Shown: positions 1-10,499 of the stretch, piece after piece | Numbering within the stretch: the stretch's first letter is position 1 | Layout of the letters: every line of letters begins with the position of its first letter | The notes under the pieces: model-generated | The model's database searches: none | Seen by the model: only the letters and a program-made list of their open reading frames with translations | Told to the model about the DNA's origin: nothing | Made by a program: the position numbers and the translations under genes | From: Actinomycetota bacterium | GTDB lineage: Bacteria > Actinomycetota > Acidimicrobiia > Spongiisociales > UBA4744 | DNA: 64,000 nt | Assembly: GCA_013152275.1 (NCBI GenBank) | Contig: JAADGS010000027.1 | Span: 124,001 to 188,000, forward strand | Direction of reading: 5' to 3'

Positions 1-339
1 GGCAGACTGCCGGGGGTCCGATAGCGCGTCGAGTTCCCGGTCCTCTCCGATGAGACGTTCCTTGCGTCGGGATCCTCTGCGTCGCTCATCGATGAGACGG
101 TGGTGGGCGACCATGAAGACCCAGGAGCGAAACGCGGCCTCGTCACCTTTGAACGTGCCGATGTTCCGGGCCAGTTGAAGGAATACGTCGCCAAGGCGGT
201 CTTCAGGGTCGGAGGCGCCACGCGATCTGAGGTAGCCGAGGACCTGTCCGGCGAGGTCGTGGTAGAGCGCTTCCCACGCCCAGTCGGCCCCCGTTTGGGC
301 GGCGGCGAGTACAGAGTCGAAACTTGGCCCGATCACCAT
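1..339 (-). CDS. ECF-type RNA polymerase sigma-70 factor, 5' part (runs off the window)
   Basis: Not in the ORF track. Manual translation from ATG 339 gives MVIGPSFDSVLAAAQTGADWAWEALYHDLAGQVLGYLRSRGASDPEDRLGDVFLQLARNIGTFKGDEAAFRSWVFMVAHHRLIDERRR, a sigma-70 region 2 pattern. TACTCT lies 7 nt upstream of the ATG. Confidence 0.85.
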   Translation of the reverse strand, partial: MVIGPSFDSVLAAAQTGADWAWEALYHDLAGQVLGYLRSRGASDPEDRLGDVFLQLARNIGTFKGDEAAFRSWVFMVAHHRLIDERRRGSRRKERLIGEDRELDALSDPRQSA

Positions 340-508
340 GTGGAGAAGAGTATGCCTGCGTCTGCAATCGCCAAATCGGCCGGAACGATTGACGGGCGGG
401 ATTGTGCGTCTCCCTCGGATGTCGCGGCGGACCGCATCGGTGCAGGGCCTCCGTGCATGCACTGGTTACCGCCGGACGGTAACAAAAGGGTACGGCCGCC
501 CCCCACTT

Positions 509-567
509 TCATTGAACCCAGGGCTCAGGGGGGTCGCCACGACCCCTACGAGCCCAGGGTTCAATGA
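509..567. repeat. REP-like nested palindromic element, copy 1
   Basis: TCATTGAACCC...GGGTTCAATGA outer arms around an inner GGGGTCG-CCA-CGACCCC hairpin. Near-identical inverted copy at 31208-31261. Confidence 0.8.
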
Positions 568-585
568 GTGTCGGCCGCCAAGGGT

Positions 586-1374
586 CTACCAGCCGACCCA
601 GACTCCGATGGCGGTGAGCAGTGCAACCATCAGGCCGACGCCCATCTGCGTCCAACCGACGACTTTGGCCGGAACCGGCGGCCTGGTCAGCGAGACGACG
701 GCGATGATTCCGAGCAGGCCGATCGCGACGACACCGAGCCAGGGGACCACTCCGGCGGCTGCGCCTGCCGCAACGACTCCGACGGCGGCGACCTGCACGA
801 TGTAGATCCGCGTTCGATCGACGGACTTGTCCTTGAACCTGCGGACCATGCCCCGTGCAAGGACGATTGCGGCGATGTCTCTTGCCGCGAGGATGAGCCA
901 GAGGCCGAACGCGGGGATCCACTCCCATCCTGCCCCCATTGCGATCGCCGCCACGGTGGAGCCCATTGCGATCGATCCGGCCAGTTGTGGGGCCAGCGCG
1001 CGGTTGTGGCTGTGGGCGTCCGCCCGCAGGGCGAACGCCGCAAAGGGCACTGCGACGAGCAGCGGCCACCAGAACGGGCCGCGAGTGGTGGTGATCGCAC
1101 CGGCGGCACCCGCGATCGCCACCACCCCGTAGACGGCCGCGACGGCAAGCGCCGTGGTGGAGCGGGGCAGCCATCGACCGCGGATGACATCGGTGGAGAA
1201 GAGTTTGACGGGTCGTCGAGCCAGGAAAACGCCGAGTGCGGCCGCCGCGATCTCCCAGCCCGCCGCCGACGGTGCGACGAGAAGTCCCAGGAGGATCGGT
1301 TCCAGTGTGAAGCCCCACCCGCCGTGCTCGGTGGGCAGCGCCACGGACCGCACACGGGCAGAAGGAGAAGTCAT
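586..1374 (-). CDS. YwiC-like family integral membrane protein
   Basis: N-terminal LPTEHGGWG motif, many hydrophobic helices, 4-nt overlap with tag. Confidence 0.75.
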   Translation of the reverse strand: MTSPSARVRSVALPTEHGGWGFTLEPILLGLLVAPSAAGWEIAAAALGVFLARRPVKLFSTDVIRGRWLPRSTTALAVAAVYGVVAIAGAAGAITTTRGPFWWPLLVAVPFAAFALRADAHSHNRALAPQLAGSIAMGSTVAAIAMGAGWEWIPAFGLWLILAARDIAAIVLARGMVRRFKDKSVDRTRIYIVQVAAVGVVAAGAAAGVVPWLGVVAIGLLGIIAVVSLTRPPVPAKVVGWTQMGVGLMVALLTAIGVWVGW

Positions 1375-1967
1375 CGCGGCCTCGCCGCCTCGACGGCCGG
1401 TCTGATCGAGCAGCCATCGAGGTGATCATTCACCATGCCGATGGCCTGCATGAAGGCGTAGATCACGGTCGGTCCGACGAACTTCCATCCCCGGCTGCGC
1501 AGGTCCGTGCTCAGTGCCTTGGACTCTTCGGTGACGGCGGGGATGTCGTAGGTGGGGGCCGGGCCGGGATCTGGTGCGAAACGCCACAGGTACTCTGCCA
1601 GGGATCCGAACTCGTCGATCACGTCCAGAGCAAGCCGGGCATTCGCGATCGTCGCTTCGATCTTGCCTCTGTGGCGGACGATGCCCGGATTCGCCAGGAG
1701 TCGCTCGACTGCTCCACTGCCATAGGACGCCACCGTCTCGATGTCGAAACCGTCGAAAGCTCTTCGGAAGGCTTCCCGCTTGCGCAGGATCGTGATCCAG
1801 GCAAGCCCGGCCTGAAAGGCGTCGAGGCTGATCTTCTGGAACAGGGCCCGGTCGTCGGTGACCGGAAACCCCCACTCGTCGTCGTGGTAGGCCACGTACA
1901 GGGGGTCGTCCCCCGGCCACCAGCATCGCAGGGTCCCGTCGGATCCGATTCGCAGTCGGTCGTTCAC
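1371..1967 (-). CDS. tag: DNA-3-methyladenine glycosylase I
   Basis: RCWW, YHDDEWG, FQAGLAWITILRKRE, GWKFVGPT and MVNDHLDGC motifs. Confidence 0.95.
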   Translation of the reverse strand: MNDRLRIGSDGTLRCWWPGDDPLYVAYHDDEWGFPVTDDRALFQKISLDAFQAGLAWITILRKREAFRRAFDGFDIETVASYGSGAVERLLANPGIVRHRGKIEATIANARLALDVIDEFGSLAEYLWRFAPDPGPAPTYDIPAVTEESKALSTDLRSRGWKFVGPTVIYAFMQAIGMVNDHLDGCSIRPAVEAARPR

Positions 1968-2022
1968 CGGCGAGATGATACGGGGATCGGAATCCGACAG
2001 CTTGTCGGCTGGATGCCGGAGA

Positions 2023-3522
2023 TCACTCGGCGATGGCTTCGGCGATGAACGAGACGAGATCCTCGCGCAGCCGCTCCAGCGACGGCCGGTGGATGTACAT
2101 CATGTGCCCGGCCTCGTAGCGCCGTTCCGTGATGTTGGCTTCGAGCGCCTCCTCCAGTCCAAGGTGGCGCAGCGTGTAGTCGGTTGCGAAGTAGGGGGTT
2201 GCCATGTCGAAGTAGCCGGACGCGACGAACACCTTCATGTGTGGATTTCGGCTCATCGTCGACCGAAGCGTCTCAGACACGTCTACGTACGCGTTCTGGA
2301 AATCTTCGTAGTTCCAGGCCGGGTACACGTCCGGATTCAAGATCTCGTACGGAAGATCACTCTCGTAGCCCAGGTCGCGGCGCACGTAGTCGTTCAGCAT
2401 CGCTGCGAACGATCCCAGGATTGCATCGATGCTCGGGTCGTTCTCGAGCATCGATCCCACCAGGTAACGGTCGACTCCTTTGAAGCGACTGTCGATTCGA
2501 CCGACCGTGTGGCCCTCGTCTCGGAGCAGTTCCTTGAGGAAGTGGAACTTCTCGATCCGGAGGTTGGATCGTTGGACGAACTCGATACTCAGACCGCTGT
2601 AGCGGGCCACCGCCGCCGCGATCTCCGCTCTTTGTTCGGAAGGGAGACGGGCGCCTGCCCACAACGCCGCCATGTACTCGCCTCCAGCAAAGGCCTCGGC
2701 ATCGGCGAGCACTTCTCGAAGTGGCCGGTTCTGGAGATCTTCCTCCAGCTTGCCGTGGTACCACGCGGTTGCCGTGTAGGCGGGCAGATACAGGATGTAG
2801 GGCAGGTCGTTGCCCCGGTGGAACATGTGGGTCTTCTTGTCGACGGCAATCGTCTGGAAGTTCAGTACCGAAGAAATCAGCATGACTCCGTTCAGGTAGA
2901 GGCCGTAGCGTTCGAGGAGATGCCCGGCCAAGCCGGCGGATCGGGTCGTTCCGTAGCTCTCGCCGATCAGGAACTTCGGCGAGGCCCAGCGACCGAACCG
3001 TCCCAGGTACAGGCGGATGAAGCTGCCGACCGTCTCGATGTCGCGTGTGAAGTGATGAAACGAGGATGCTTCCTTCTCCGGAATCGCTCTGGTAAAACCG
3101 GTGCTCACGGGATCGATGAAGACGAGGTCGGCAGCGTCCAGAATCGACGCATCGTTGTCGATGAGTTGTCCTGGAGGCGGTGGCTGGTTCCCTTCATCGT
3201 CCAGGAGAACCCGCTTGGGCCCGAGGAGGCCCAGATGCAGCCACACCGAGGCCGAGCCGGGACCTCCATTGAACGCGAAGACGATTGGACGCTGCGCCGG
3301 ATCGGGTGCGTCGTCGCGCGTGTACGCAACGAAGAAGAACGACGCCTTCTTCTCGCCCTCTTCCTCCTTGAGGATGATCCGCCCTGCAGTTGCCGTGTAG
3401 GCGAACGTGTCACCGCCGATCGTCGCCGTGTGGGAACTCTCCGAGAAGTGGTCTTCGACGTGGGGTGGTGGTTCCCCCGGTGTGCCGGCCTTCTCTGCAG
3501 ACTCGCTGTTGTCACTGGTCAT
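2023..3522 (-). CDS. Peptidase S10 family serine carboxypeptidase
   Basis: FNGGPGSAS, FIDPVSTGF, GESYGTTR (nucleophile), GYFDMATP and YEAGHMMY motifs. Confidence 0.92.
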   Translation of the reverse strand: MTSDNSESAEKAGTPGEPPPHVEDHFSESSHTATIGGDTFAYTATAGRIILKEEEGEKKASFFFVAYTRDDAPDPAQRPIVFAFNGGPGSASVWLHLGLLGPKRVLLDDEGNQPPPPGQLIDNDASILDAADLVFIDPVSTGFTRAIPEKEASSFHHFTRDIETVGSFIRLYLGRFGRWASPKFLIGESYGTTRSAGLAGHLLERYGLYLNGVMLISSVLNFQTIAVDKKTHMFHRGNDLPYILYLPAYTATAWYHGKLEEDLQNRPLREVLADAEAFAGGEYMAALWAGARLPSEQRAEIAAAVARYSGLSIEFVQRSNLRIEKFHFLKELLRDEGHTVGRIDSRFKGVDRYLVGSMLENDPSIDAILGSFAAMLNDYVRRDLGYESDLPYEILNPDVYPAWNYEDFQNAYVDVSETLRSTMSRNPHMKVFVASGYFDMATPYFATDYTLRHLGLEEALEANITERRYEAGHMMYIHRPSLERLREDLVSFIAEAIAE

Positions 3523-3805
3523 GGGTCCAGGGTAACGCCCGTTGAAGGTTGGGCGTTTGCGAAACTCGAGACGGTTTCACCGATGCGCGCACGTTCACGG
3601 AACGATTCGAGCGCCGTGCGCACAGGCACCCGGCCGGCGTGTCGCGTCGGCCTTCGAGACCCCTGAACCGATCGGCCCCACCGGTACGGATCGGCGTCGA
3701 CCTCGGAGATGAGCCCCCGGGCATCTTCAGAGGACACGGCAAACAATCCGGCGTGTCAACGATGTCCTGAGGGTTGTCCGGTACCAGGCACCAGGTGCCG
3801 GAAGC

Positions 3806-5602
3806 TCAGAACTGCTCTGGCTCGAGGGCGGCAAGCAGATCGTTGCCCGCGGTGACCGCTCCGATGAGTGCCGCATCCTGGGGGAGGAGATGCTCGGCAT
3901 AGAAGCGTGCCGTCACGATCTTCGCTTCGAGGAACTTCTTGTTCTCGGCTCCCTCGTCCAGCAGCGCAGACGCAGTGAGTGCCTCTCGTGCCAAGTAGTA
4001 GGCCCCGAGCGTCGATCCAAGCATGCGCAGGTAGGGGGTTGCCCCCGCGAGCGCCTGGTTCGGATCCTGCATCCCGTTCGCCGCAAGCCACCCCGTTGCC
4101 TTTTCGACCGCTTCGACTGCCGAAGACAGATTGGTGCGAATGGTGGAAAAGCGTTCCCCGGCGGCTTCGAGTTCGCCGTCGATCGATTTCATCTCGCCGA
4201 TGAGTTCCATGATCGGCGCTCCGTTCGCCATGGGGAGTCTCCGTCCCACCAGATCTATGGCCTGAATGCCGTTGGTCCCCTCGTAGATCGGGCCGATACG
4301 CGCGTCCCGGTAGTACTGAGGGATGCCGCTGTCCTCGATGAAACCCATGCCCCCGTAGACCTGTGAGGCGAGACCGGTGATCTCGATACCCATGTCGGTC
4401 AGCCACGCCTTGGTGATCGGTGTGAGCAACTCGGCGAAGAGCTGGTACTTCTCCCGTTCCGACTCATCCGTGTGGCTCGTGGCCAGATCGAAGGCGAGTG
4501 CGTTGGTGAGCTCGATGGCTCGCATCGCGTCGAGCTTCGCCTTCATCGTCATGAGCATCCGTCGCACGTCGGGGTGCTCGATGATCGCGACGGAAACGGT
4601 CTTGGGTGCACCAATCGGTCGTCCCTGGATCCTCTCCTGTGCGTACTGCACGGCGTTCTGATAGGCGACTTCACCGATGCCGGTGCCGCTGATGCCCACC
4701 TCGACCCTGGCCGCATTCATCATCGTGAACATGTAGTGCATGCCCCTGTGCTCTTCACCGACGAGGTAGCCGACGGCACCCTCACCGTCGTCTCCGTACG
4801 CCATCACGCAGGTCGCCGACGCCCTGATCCCCAGCTTGTGCTCGATCGACACGGTCTTCACATCATTACGTTCGCCAAGCGATCCATCCGGGTTCACGAG
4901 ATACTTGGGCACCACGAACATGCTGATTCCCTTGGTGCCCGGGGGGGAGCCGGGCGTTCTGGCCAGCACCAGGTGGATGATGTTCTCGGTGATGTCCTGA
5001 TCGCCCCACGAGATGAACGACTTCGTGCCGGTCAAGCGGTAGGTGCCGTCTGGCTGAGGGATCGCCTTGGTGGTGAGCGCGCCAACGTCCGATCCGGCTT
5101 GGGGCTCGGTGAGGTTCATGGTCCCGGACCATTCGCCGGACACGAGTTTCGGGACGAAGGTCGCTATCAGATCGTCCGAAGCGTGTTCGATGAGCGCGTG
5201 CGCGGCGCCCTGTGTGAGACCGAGCATGATCGAGAGGCTGGCGTTCGTGGAATCGAGCATCTCGGTGATCGCGGCGACGATGACCTGGGGGAGCTGACCG
5301 CCGCCATGTGCCTCGTCGAAGGGGGCGCTGAGCCATCCGTTCCGGGCGGCCATCTCATAGGCTTCCTTGAACCCTTCGGGTGTGGTGACCACACCATTCG
5401 CGAAGGTTGAACCGACTTCGTCGCCCGGCTGGTTGAGGGGGAACCATTGTTCTGTCAGGAACTTGCCGGCTTCGCTGAGGATCGCGTCGACGAGGTCGGC
5501 GTCCAGCTCCGAATAGCGAGGAAGCGCGGTGAGGCGATCGAGGCCGATGAGGTGATTGAGGACGAAGCTGAATTCGTCGAGGGGTGGTGCATAGACGGTC
5601 AT
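3806..5602 (-). CDS. Acyl-CoA dehydrogenase (long ~600-aa type)
   Basis: GTMNLTEPQAGSDVG, GTKGISMF, EHKLGIRASAT and IYEGTNGIQAIDL motifs. Confidence 0.95.
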   Translation of the reverse strand: MTVYAPPLDEFSFVLNHLIGLDRLTALPRYSELDADLVDAILSEAGKFLTEQWFPLNQPGDEVGSTFANGVVTTPEGFKEAYEMAARNGWLSAPFDEAHGGGQLPQVIVAAITEMLDSTNASLSIMLGLTQGAAHALIEHASDDLIATFVPKLVSGEWSGTMNLTEPQAGSDVGALTTKAIPQPDGTYRLTGTKSFISWGDQDITENIIHLVLARTPGSPPGTKGISMFVVPKYLVNPDGSLGERNDVKTVSIEHKLGIRASATCVMAYGDDGEGAVGYLVGEEHRGMHYMFTMMNAARVEVGISGTGIGEVAYQNAVQYAQERIQGRPIGAPKTVSVAIIEHPDVRRMLMTMKAKLDAMRAIELTNALAFDLATSHTDESEREKYQLFAELLTPITKAWLTDMGIEITGLASQVYGGMGFIEDSGIPQYYRDARIGPIYEGTNGIQAIDLVGRRLPMANGAPIMELIGEMKSIDGELEAAGERFSTIRTNLSSAVEAVEKATGWLAANGMQDPNQALAGATPYLRMLGSTLGAYYLAREALTASALLDEGAENKKFLEAKIVTARFYAEHLLPQDAALIGAVTAGNDLLAALEPEQF

Positions 5603-5868
5603 CGCTTCCCTTTCTGTATCACCTGGAGGACCGTGGGGTCACTCCGTGTGGATCAACCCGGGAAACCCGGGATAGTTTGCCATTGTTTGCATTATCGCAT
5701 TTTCTGCTTGCATTTGCAAGCTGTTGGTGCTGCTCATGACCGTACGATCGCGGTAAGCGAACGGCCTGTACACCGGGTTCTGGACAGTCCTTTGGGCCGA
5801 CGCGCAGGCGAGCGATGGGAGAATATTCGGCCGTTCCCGAAGGTGCCGACCGGTAGCCTTCTCCTCTC

Positions 5869-7620
5869 ATGCTTCGTCGGTATCTGACTCTGCTCGTTGG
5901 CTATCTGCGCCCGCTGCGCGGTCGTGTCGTCGCGCTCACCCTGCTGTTGCTCGCAGGGATCACCTTTCAGCTGATCAATCCGCAGATCGTGCGGCGATTC
6001 ATCGACGGAGCAACGTCGGGCTCACCTCGGGCTGCTCTCGTCGCCCTGGCGGTGGTGTTCATGGCGCTGGCGGTGGCGCAGCAGGCATTCTCCGTGTTTG
6101 CCACGTTTCTGGCGGAAACGGTGGGGTGGTCGGCGACGAACGAGCTCCGTGGTGATCTCGCCGATCACCTCCTTCGCCTCGACATGGGCTTCCACAAGTC
6201 CCACACTTCCGGGGAGCTCATCGAGCGGATCGACGGAGACATCACGGCCCTGTCGAACTTCTTCTCCCAATTCGTCATCCACGTTGCCGGGAACCTGGTG
6301 CTTCTCCTCGGAATCCTCGTGCTCCTGTTCAGAGAGAACCTGTGGATCGGCCTTGGGATATCGGTGTTCGCCGTGATGGCGCTTGCAGGGATGGTGAGTA
6401 TTCAGGCTCTCGCGATGCCGTGGTGGAAACGCGTCCGTCAGAAGAGTGCCGAGTTCTACGGATTCCTTGGTGAGCAACTCGGCGGGACCGAGGATGCTCG
6501 GGCCAACGGTGGTGTAGCGTTCATCGTCGAGCGGTTCACCCGGCACCTGCGCGAATGGCTCCCCGCCTCCGTTCGTGGATTCATGGGATGGGCGCATCTG
6601 TGGTCGACCAACATCGTGCTGTTCTCGGCACTCACCGCGTTGGTGTATTGGCTGGGTTCCAGGTTCTTTGGAGCGGGGGCGCTGAGCATCGGCTCGGTGT
6701 ACCTGGTCTTCTCCTACAGCGAGCTGATGCGACAGCCCATGGATCGCATTCGCACCCAAATGCAGGATCTTCAGAAGGCTTCCGCAGCCCTCACGAGGGT
6801 CGAAGCCCTCTTTGCCCTCGAGTCCCGCCTGCCGCTGGACGGAACGAAGCTGCTTCCCGCCGGTGCGCTCTCGGTGACGTTCCAAGACGTCTCGTTTGCC
6901 TATCACGACGGAGATGACGGATCCGACGAGATCGTCCTGAGTGATCTGGCCATTGCCCTGGAAGCCGGAAGGATTCTCGGCGTACTCGGGCGCACCGGCA
7001 GCGGCAAGACGACACTGGCCAGACTTCTGACTCGCCTGTATGACCCGGTCGAGGGCACGGTGACGCTTGGGGACGTGATGCTGCGACACACGGACATGGC
7101 GGATTTACGCCGGCGGGTGGGAATGGTCACACAGGACGTCCAGCTCTTCCATGCGACAGTGCGGGACAACCTGACCTTCTTCGCCCCGGGGTTCGACGAT
7201 CGGCGGATCCACGCGGTCCTCGACGAGCTCGAGCTGTCCGATTGGGTGCAGGCCCTGCCCCAGGGTCTCGATACGACCCTCGGGCCCGGAGGTGGTGGAT
7301 TGTCCGCGGGCGAGGCGCAACTTCTCGCGTTCACGCGCATCTTCCTTCGAGATCCCGGCCTGATCATCTTGGACGAGGCATCGTCGAGGCTCGACCCGGC
7401 GACCGAGCAGCTCATCGAGCGCGCCGTCGACCGTCTCATGGCCGGCCGAACCGGGATCGTGATCGCCCATCGGCTCTCAACGGTGACGCGCGCCGACGAC
7501 ATCCTCATCCTCGAAGGCGGCGAGGTCGTGGAGTTCGGAAGCCGCAAGGCGCTCGCGCAGGACCCCGACTCTCGATTCTCGTTCTTCTTGCAGGCCGGCA
7601 TGGAGCAGGTGCTCGAATGA
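5869..7620 (+). CDS. ABC exporter, fused permease/ATPase (heterodimer subunit 1)
   Basis: N-terminal TM domain, Walker A GRTGSGKT, degenerate signature LSAGEAQ, Walker B IILDEASS. Confidence 0.92.
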   Translation: MLRRYLTLLVGYLRPLRGRVVALTLLLLAGITFQLINPQIVRRFIDGATSGSPRAALVALAVVFMALAVAQQAFSVFATFLAETVGWSATNELRGDLADHLLRLDMGFHKSHTSGELIERIDGDITALSNFFSQFVIHVAGNLVLLLGILVLLFRENLWIGLGISVFAVMALAGMVSIQALAMPWWKRVRQKSAEFYGFLGEQLGGTEDARANGGVAFIVERFTRHLREWLPASVRGFMGWAHLWSTNIVLFSALTALVYWLGSRFFGAGALSIGSVYLVFSYSELMRQPMDRIRTQMQDLQKASAALTRVEALFALESRLPLDGTKLLPAGALSVTFQDVSFAYHDGDDGSDEIVLSDLAIALEAGRILGVLGRTGSGKTTLARLLTRLYDPVEGTVTLGDVMLRHTDMADLRRRVGMVTQDVQLFHATVRDNLTFFAPGFDDRRIHAVLDELELSDWVQALPQGLDTTLGPGGGGLSAGEAQLLAFTRIFLRDPGLIILDEASSRLDPATEQLIERAVDRLMAGRTGIVIAHRLSTVTRADDILILEGGEVVEFGSRKALAQDPDSRFSFFLQAGMEQVLE

Positions 7621-9401
7621 AGCGCGACCGCTTGACCCTCCATCTGATGTGGAGACTGATTCGATCACAGCCTCTTCGTTACCTCGGGAACGTCGCTGCG
7701 TGGGCGACGGTATGGGTGATGCCGGTGGTACCCGGGCTGATCACGAAGGCTTTCTTCGACCGCATCACAGGAGACCAGACGGCAGGCTTCACCGTCGGGA
7801 CGCTGATCGCGTTCCTCGGCGCCTACGCCGTGGCGCGTGTCTGTGTCGTCCAGTTCGGGATGTTCAACGACGAGAACTTTCGTTTCCGAGTCGCCGCGCT
7901 GCTTCGCGGTAACCTGCTCGAACGGATCCTCGAGCTCCCCGGCGCTCGGGCAATCCCCGACTCGCCGGGGGAGGCGATCAGCCGCTTCCGCGACGACGTC
8001 GATCAGGTTGCGGAGACGATCTCATGGACGACCGACATGATCGGCACGGTGGCGTTCGCGGCGGTTGCGGTGGGGATCTTGTCGTCGATCAACGCGCAGA
8101 TCACCCTGGTCGTGTTCATCCCGTTGGTGCTGGTGATCGTTGCTGCGGAGCGAGCAGGCACCCGTATTCGTACGTACCGGAGAGCGGCTCGTGAAGCGAC
8201 CGGCCGGGTCACCGGTGCGATCGGGGAGATGTTCCGATCGGTGCAGGCGATCAAGGTGGCCGGGGCCGAAGAAGGCATGATCGGCCACTTCCGCAGGCTG
8301 AACGATGAGCGGAAGGTCGTCGCGGTCAGAGATCGAGTGTTCACCGCGATCCTCGAATCGATCTTCTGGAACACGGTCAACATCGGGACCGGCATCATCT
8401 TGATCCTCGCCGCGGGCACGATGAGCCCCGAGGGGACGTTCACGGTCGGCGACTTCGCGATCTTCGTGTATTTCCTGACGTTCGCGACCGACATGGTGCA
8501 CTTCGTGGGGCTGTTCATCGCGAGGCTCCGCCAGTCGTCCGTAGCGTTCGATCGGCTGTATGAACTGCTGCAAGGCGCACCCGCGGACCGGATGGTGGCG
8601 CCCCGAACGCTGCATCTCACAGGTGATGTCCCGCCCCTCCCCGACCCTCCGGAGCGAGAGCCTCTCGAGCGACTCGAGGTGCGCGGGCTCACGTATCGAT
8701 ACCCCGGGACCGGCAACGGGATCGAGAACATCGAGATGACGCTCGAGCGGGGAAGTTTCACCGTCGTCACCGGGAGGATCGGTGCCGGCAAGACGACACT
8801 GCTGAGGGCACTGTTGGGTCTGCTCGATGCCGGCGGCGGGGCGATCTTCTGGAACGGCCGTCGCGTCGACGACCCGGCCACATTCTTCGTGCCGCCCCGC
8901 AGCGCCTACACCCCGCAGATCCCGTTGCTGTTCTCGATGAGCCTGAGGGACAACCTCGCGATGGGCCTGCCCGTCGATGATGATGCGATGGCCGCGGCGA
9001 TGCATGCCGCCGTGCTCGAGCCGGACGTCGCCGCCATGCCGGAAGGCCTGGAGACGCAGATCGGCGCGCTCGGAGTTCGGCTGTCGGGCGGACAGGTGCA
9101 GCGCACTGCAGCCGCACGTATGTTCGTGCGGGAACCGGAGTTGTACGTGTTCGACGACCTGTCGAGTGCACTCGACGTGGACACGGAACGCATCCTTTGG
9201 AGACGGATGTTTGCCGAGCACGCCCAGGCAACCAGCCTCGTCGTGTCCCATCGTCGGGCTGCGCTGAGGCGTGCCGATCAGATCATCGTGCTGCAGGAGG
9301 GCCGTGTGTCCGCCGAGGGGACCCTCGACGAGTTGTTGGAGTGCAGCGAGGAGCTGCGCCGTCTGTGGTCCGACGAACCGGATCGGGACGGAGACGGATG
9401 A
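7617..9401 (+). CDS. ABC exporter, fused permease/ATPase (heterodimer subunit 2)
   Basis: ATGA overlap start at 7617 (MKRDRLTL). Walker A GRIGAGKT, signature LSGGQ, degenerate Walker B VFDDLSS. Confidence 0.92.
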   Translation: MKRDRLTLHLMWRLIRSQPLRYLGNVAAWATVWVMPVVPGLITKAFFDRITGDQTAGFTVGTLIAFLGAYAVARVCVVQFGMFNDENFRFRVAALLRGNLLERILELPGARAIPDSPGEAISRFRDDVDQVAETISWTTDMIGTVAFAAVAVGILSSINAQITLVVFIPLVLVIVAAERAGTRIRTYRRAAREATGRVTGAIGEMFRSVQAIKVAGAEEGMIGHFRRLNDERKVVAVRDRVFTAILESIFWNTVNIGTGIILILAAGTMSPEGTFTVGDFAIFVYFLTFATDMVHFVGLFIARLRQSSVAFDRLYELLQGAPADRMVAPRTLHLTGDVPPLPDPPEREPLERLEVRGLTYRYPGTGNGIENIEMTLERGSFTVVTGRIGAGKTTLLRALLGLLDAGGGAIFWNGRRVDDPATFFVPPRSAYTPQIPLLFSMSLRDNLAMGLPVDDDAMAAAMHAAVLEPDVAAMPEGLETQIGALGVRLSGGQVQRTAAARMFVREPELYVFDDLSSALDVDTERILWRRMFAEHAQATSLVVSHRRAALRRADQIIVLQEGRVSAEGTLDELLECSEELRRLWSDEPDRDGDG

Positions 9402-9611
9402 TCGATCATGACACCTCCGGATCGGGCGGCGTTGGCGGCGGGCTCGGGCGCCGCCCCGGGACAGCCGGCGTTCGTGGGGATACCCCCCGGCACGGCCGGC
9501 CGGGCCTTCCGCCGGCGAGAAGCAGAGACGTCTTGTCGCACGGATCCTGCGTCCTGTGGGAGCCGCTCCGACCCGCGTGATGCGGGTCCGTGTACGGGTA
9601 ACCTGCGGGTC

Positions 9612-10499
9612 GTGAACGTGCGCGCCGAACGAATCCACACCGTCCGCAAGACCTTGTGGATCGTTCTCGGCCTGAACCTGGCGGTCGCCGGCGCCAAGCT
9701 CGGCTACGGGGTGGTCACGGGATCGGTGGCGATGACCGCCGACGGGTTCCACTCACTCTTCGACGGGTTGTCCAACGTGATCGGGCTGCTCGGGATGGCC
9801 ATTGCCGGGCGACCTCCGGATGAGGGGCATCCGTACGGCCACGGCAAGTACGAGACGTACGCTGCAGCGGCGATCGGAGGGGTACTCGTCGTCGTGGCAT
9901 GGGAAGTCGGCCGCAGCGCCCTCGAAGGACTCACCAGCGGTGCTCAGCCACCCGTCGTCACCTCGATCTCGTTCATCGTGATGTTGGTGACGCTGGCGGT
10001 GAACATCGGGGTGACGATAGGCGAGCGTCGCGTCGGCAAGCGAGTGGGCAGCGACCTCTTGCTCGCCGACGCCAGCGACACCGCCTCGGACATCATCGTC
10101 AGCCTCGGCGTGATCGGGAGCCTCGTGGCCGTCCGGCTCGGCTATCCGACGGCAGATCCGATCATCGCACTTCTCGTGGCTTTGGCCATCGTTCGCACCG
10201 CGATCTCCGTTCTCGCACGTGCAGAAGCGACGTTCTCGGATCGGGCACGTCTCGACGCAGACGAAGTCTGTCGGGTCGTGAGCACCGTGGAGGGTGTGCA
10301 GGGGTGTCATTCTGTTCGGACGCGAGGCTCGATGTCGGAGGTGTTCGTCGATCTGCACGCGGAGGTCGACCCCGACATCACCGTCGAGGAGGGACACCGC
10401 ATGAGCAGGACCGTCATGGAAGAGGTTCGTGAGGCGTTCCCCGAGGTGGTCGACGTGCTCGTGCATCTGTGCCCGTCCGGGGTCCGGCACTCGAAATGA
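9612..10499 (+). CDS. Cation diffusion facilitator family transporter (FieF-like)
   Basis: ADGFHSLFD, HPYGHGKYE and C-terminal VDLHAEV...DVLVH. Start placed at GTG 9612, 7 nt after TAACCT. Confidence 0.9.
   Translation: MNVRAERIHTVRKTLWIVLGLNLAVAGAKLGYGVVTGSVAMTADGFHSLFDGLSNVIGLLGMAIAGRPPDEGHPYGHGKYETYAAAAIGGVLVVVAWEVGRSALEGLTSGAQPPVVTSISFIVMLVTLAVNIGVTIGERRVGKRVGSDLLLADASDTASDIIVSLGVIGSLVAVRLGYPTADPIIALLVALAIVRTAISVLARAEATFSDRARLDADEVCRVVSTVEGVQGCHSVRTRGSMSEVFVDLHAEVDPDITVEEGHRMSRTVMEEVREAFPEVVDVLVHLCPSGVRHSK

Noticed and set aside
1975..3666. Long antisense ORFs (1975..3666, 8022..9752, 52849..54261, 58471..59772 and others)
   Set aside because: Shadow frames of well-supported genes, typical of high-GC DNA, with no recognisable motifs.
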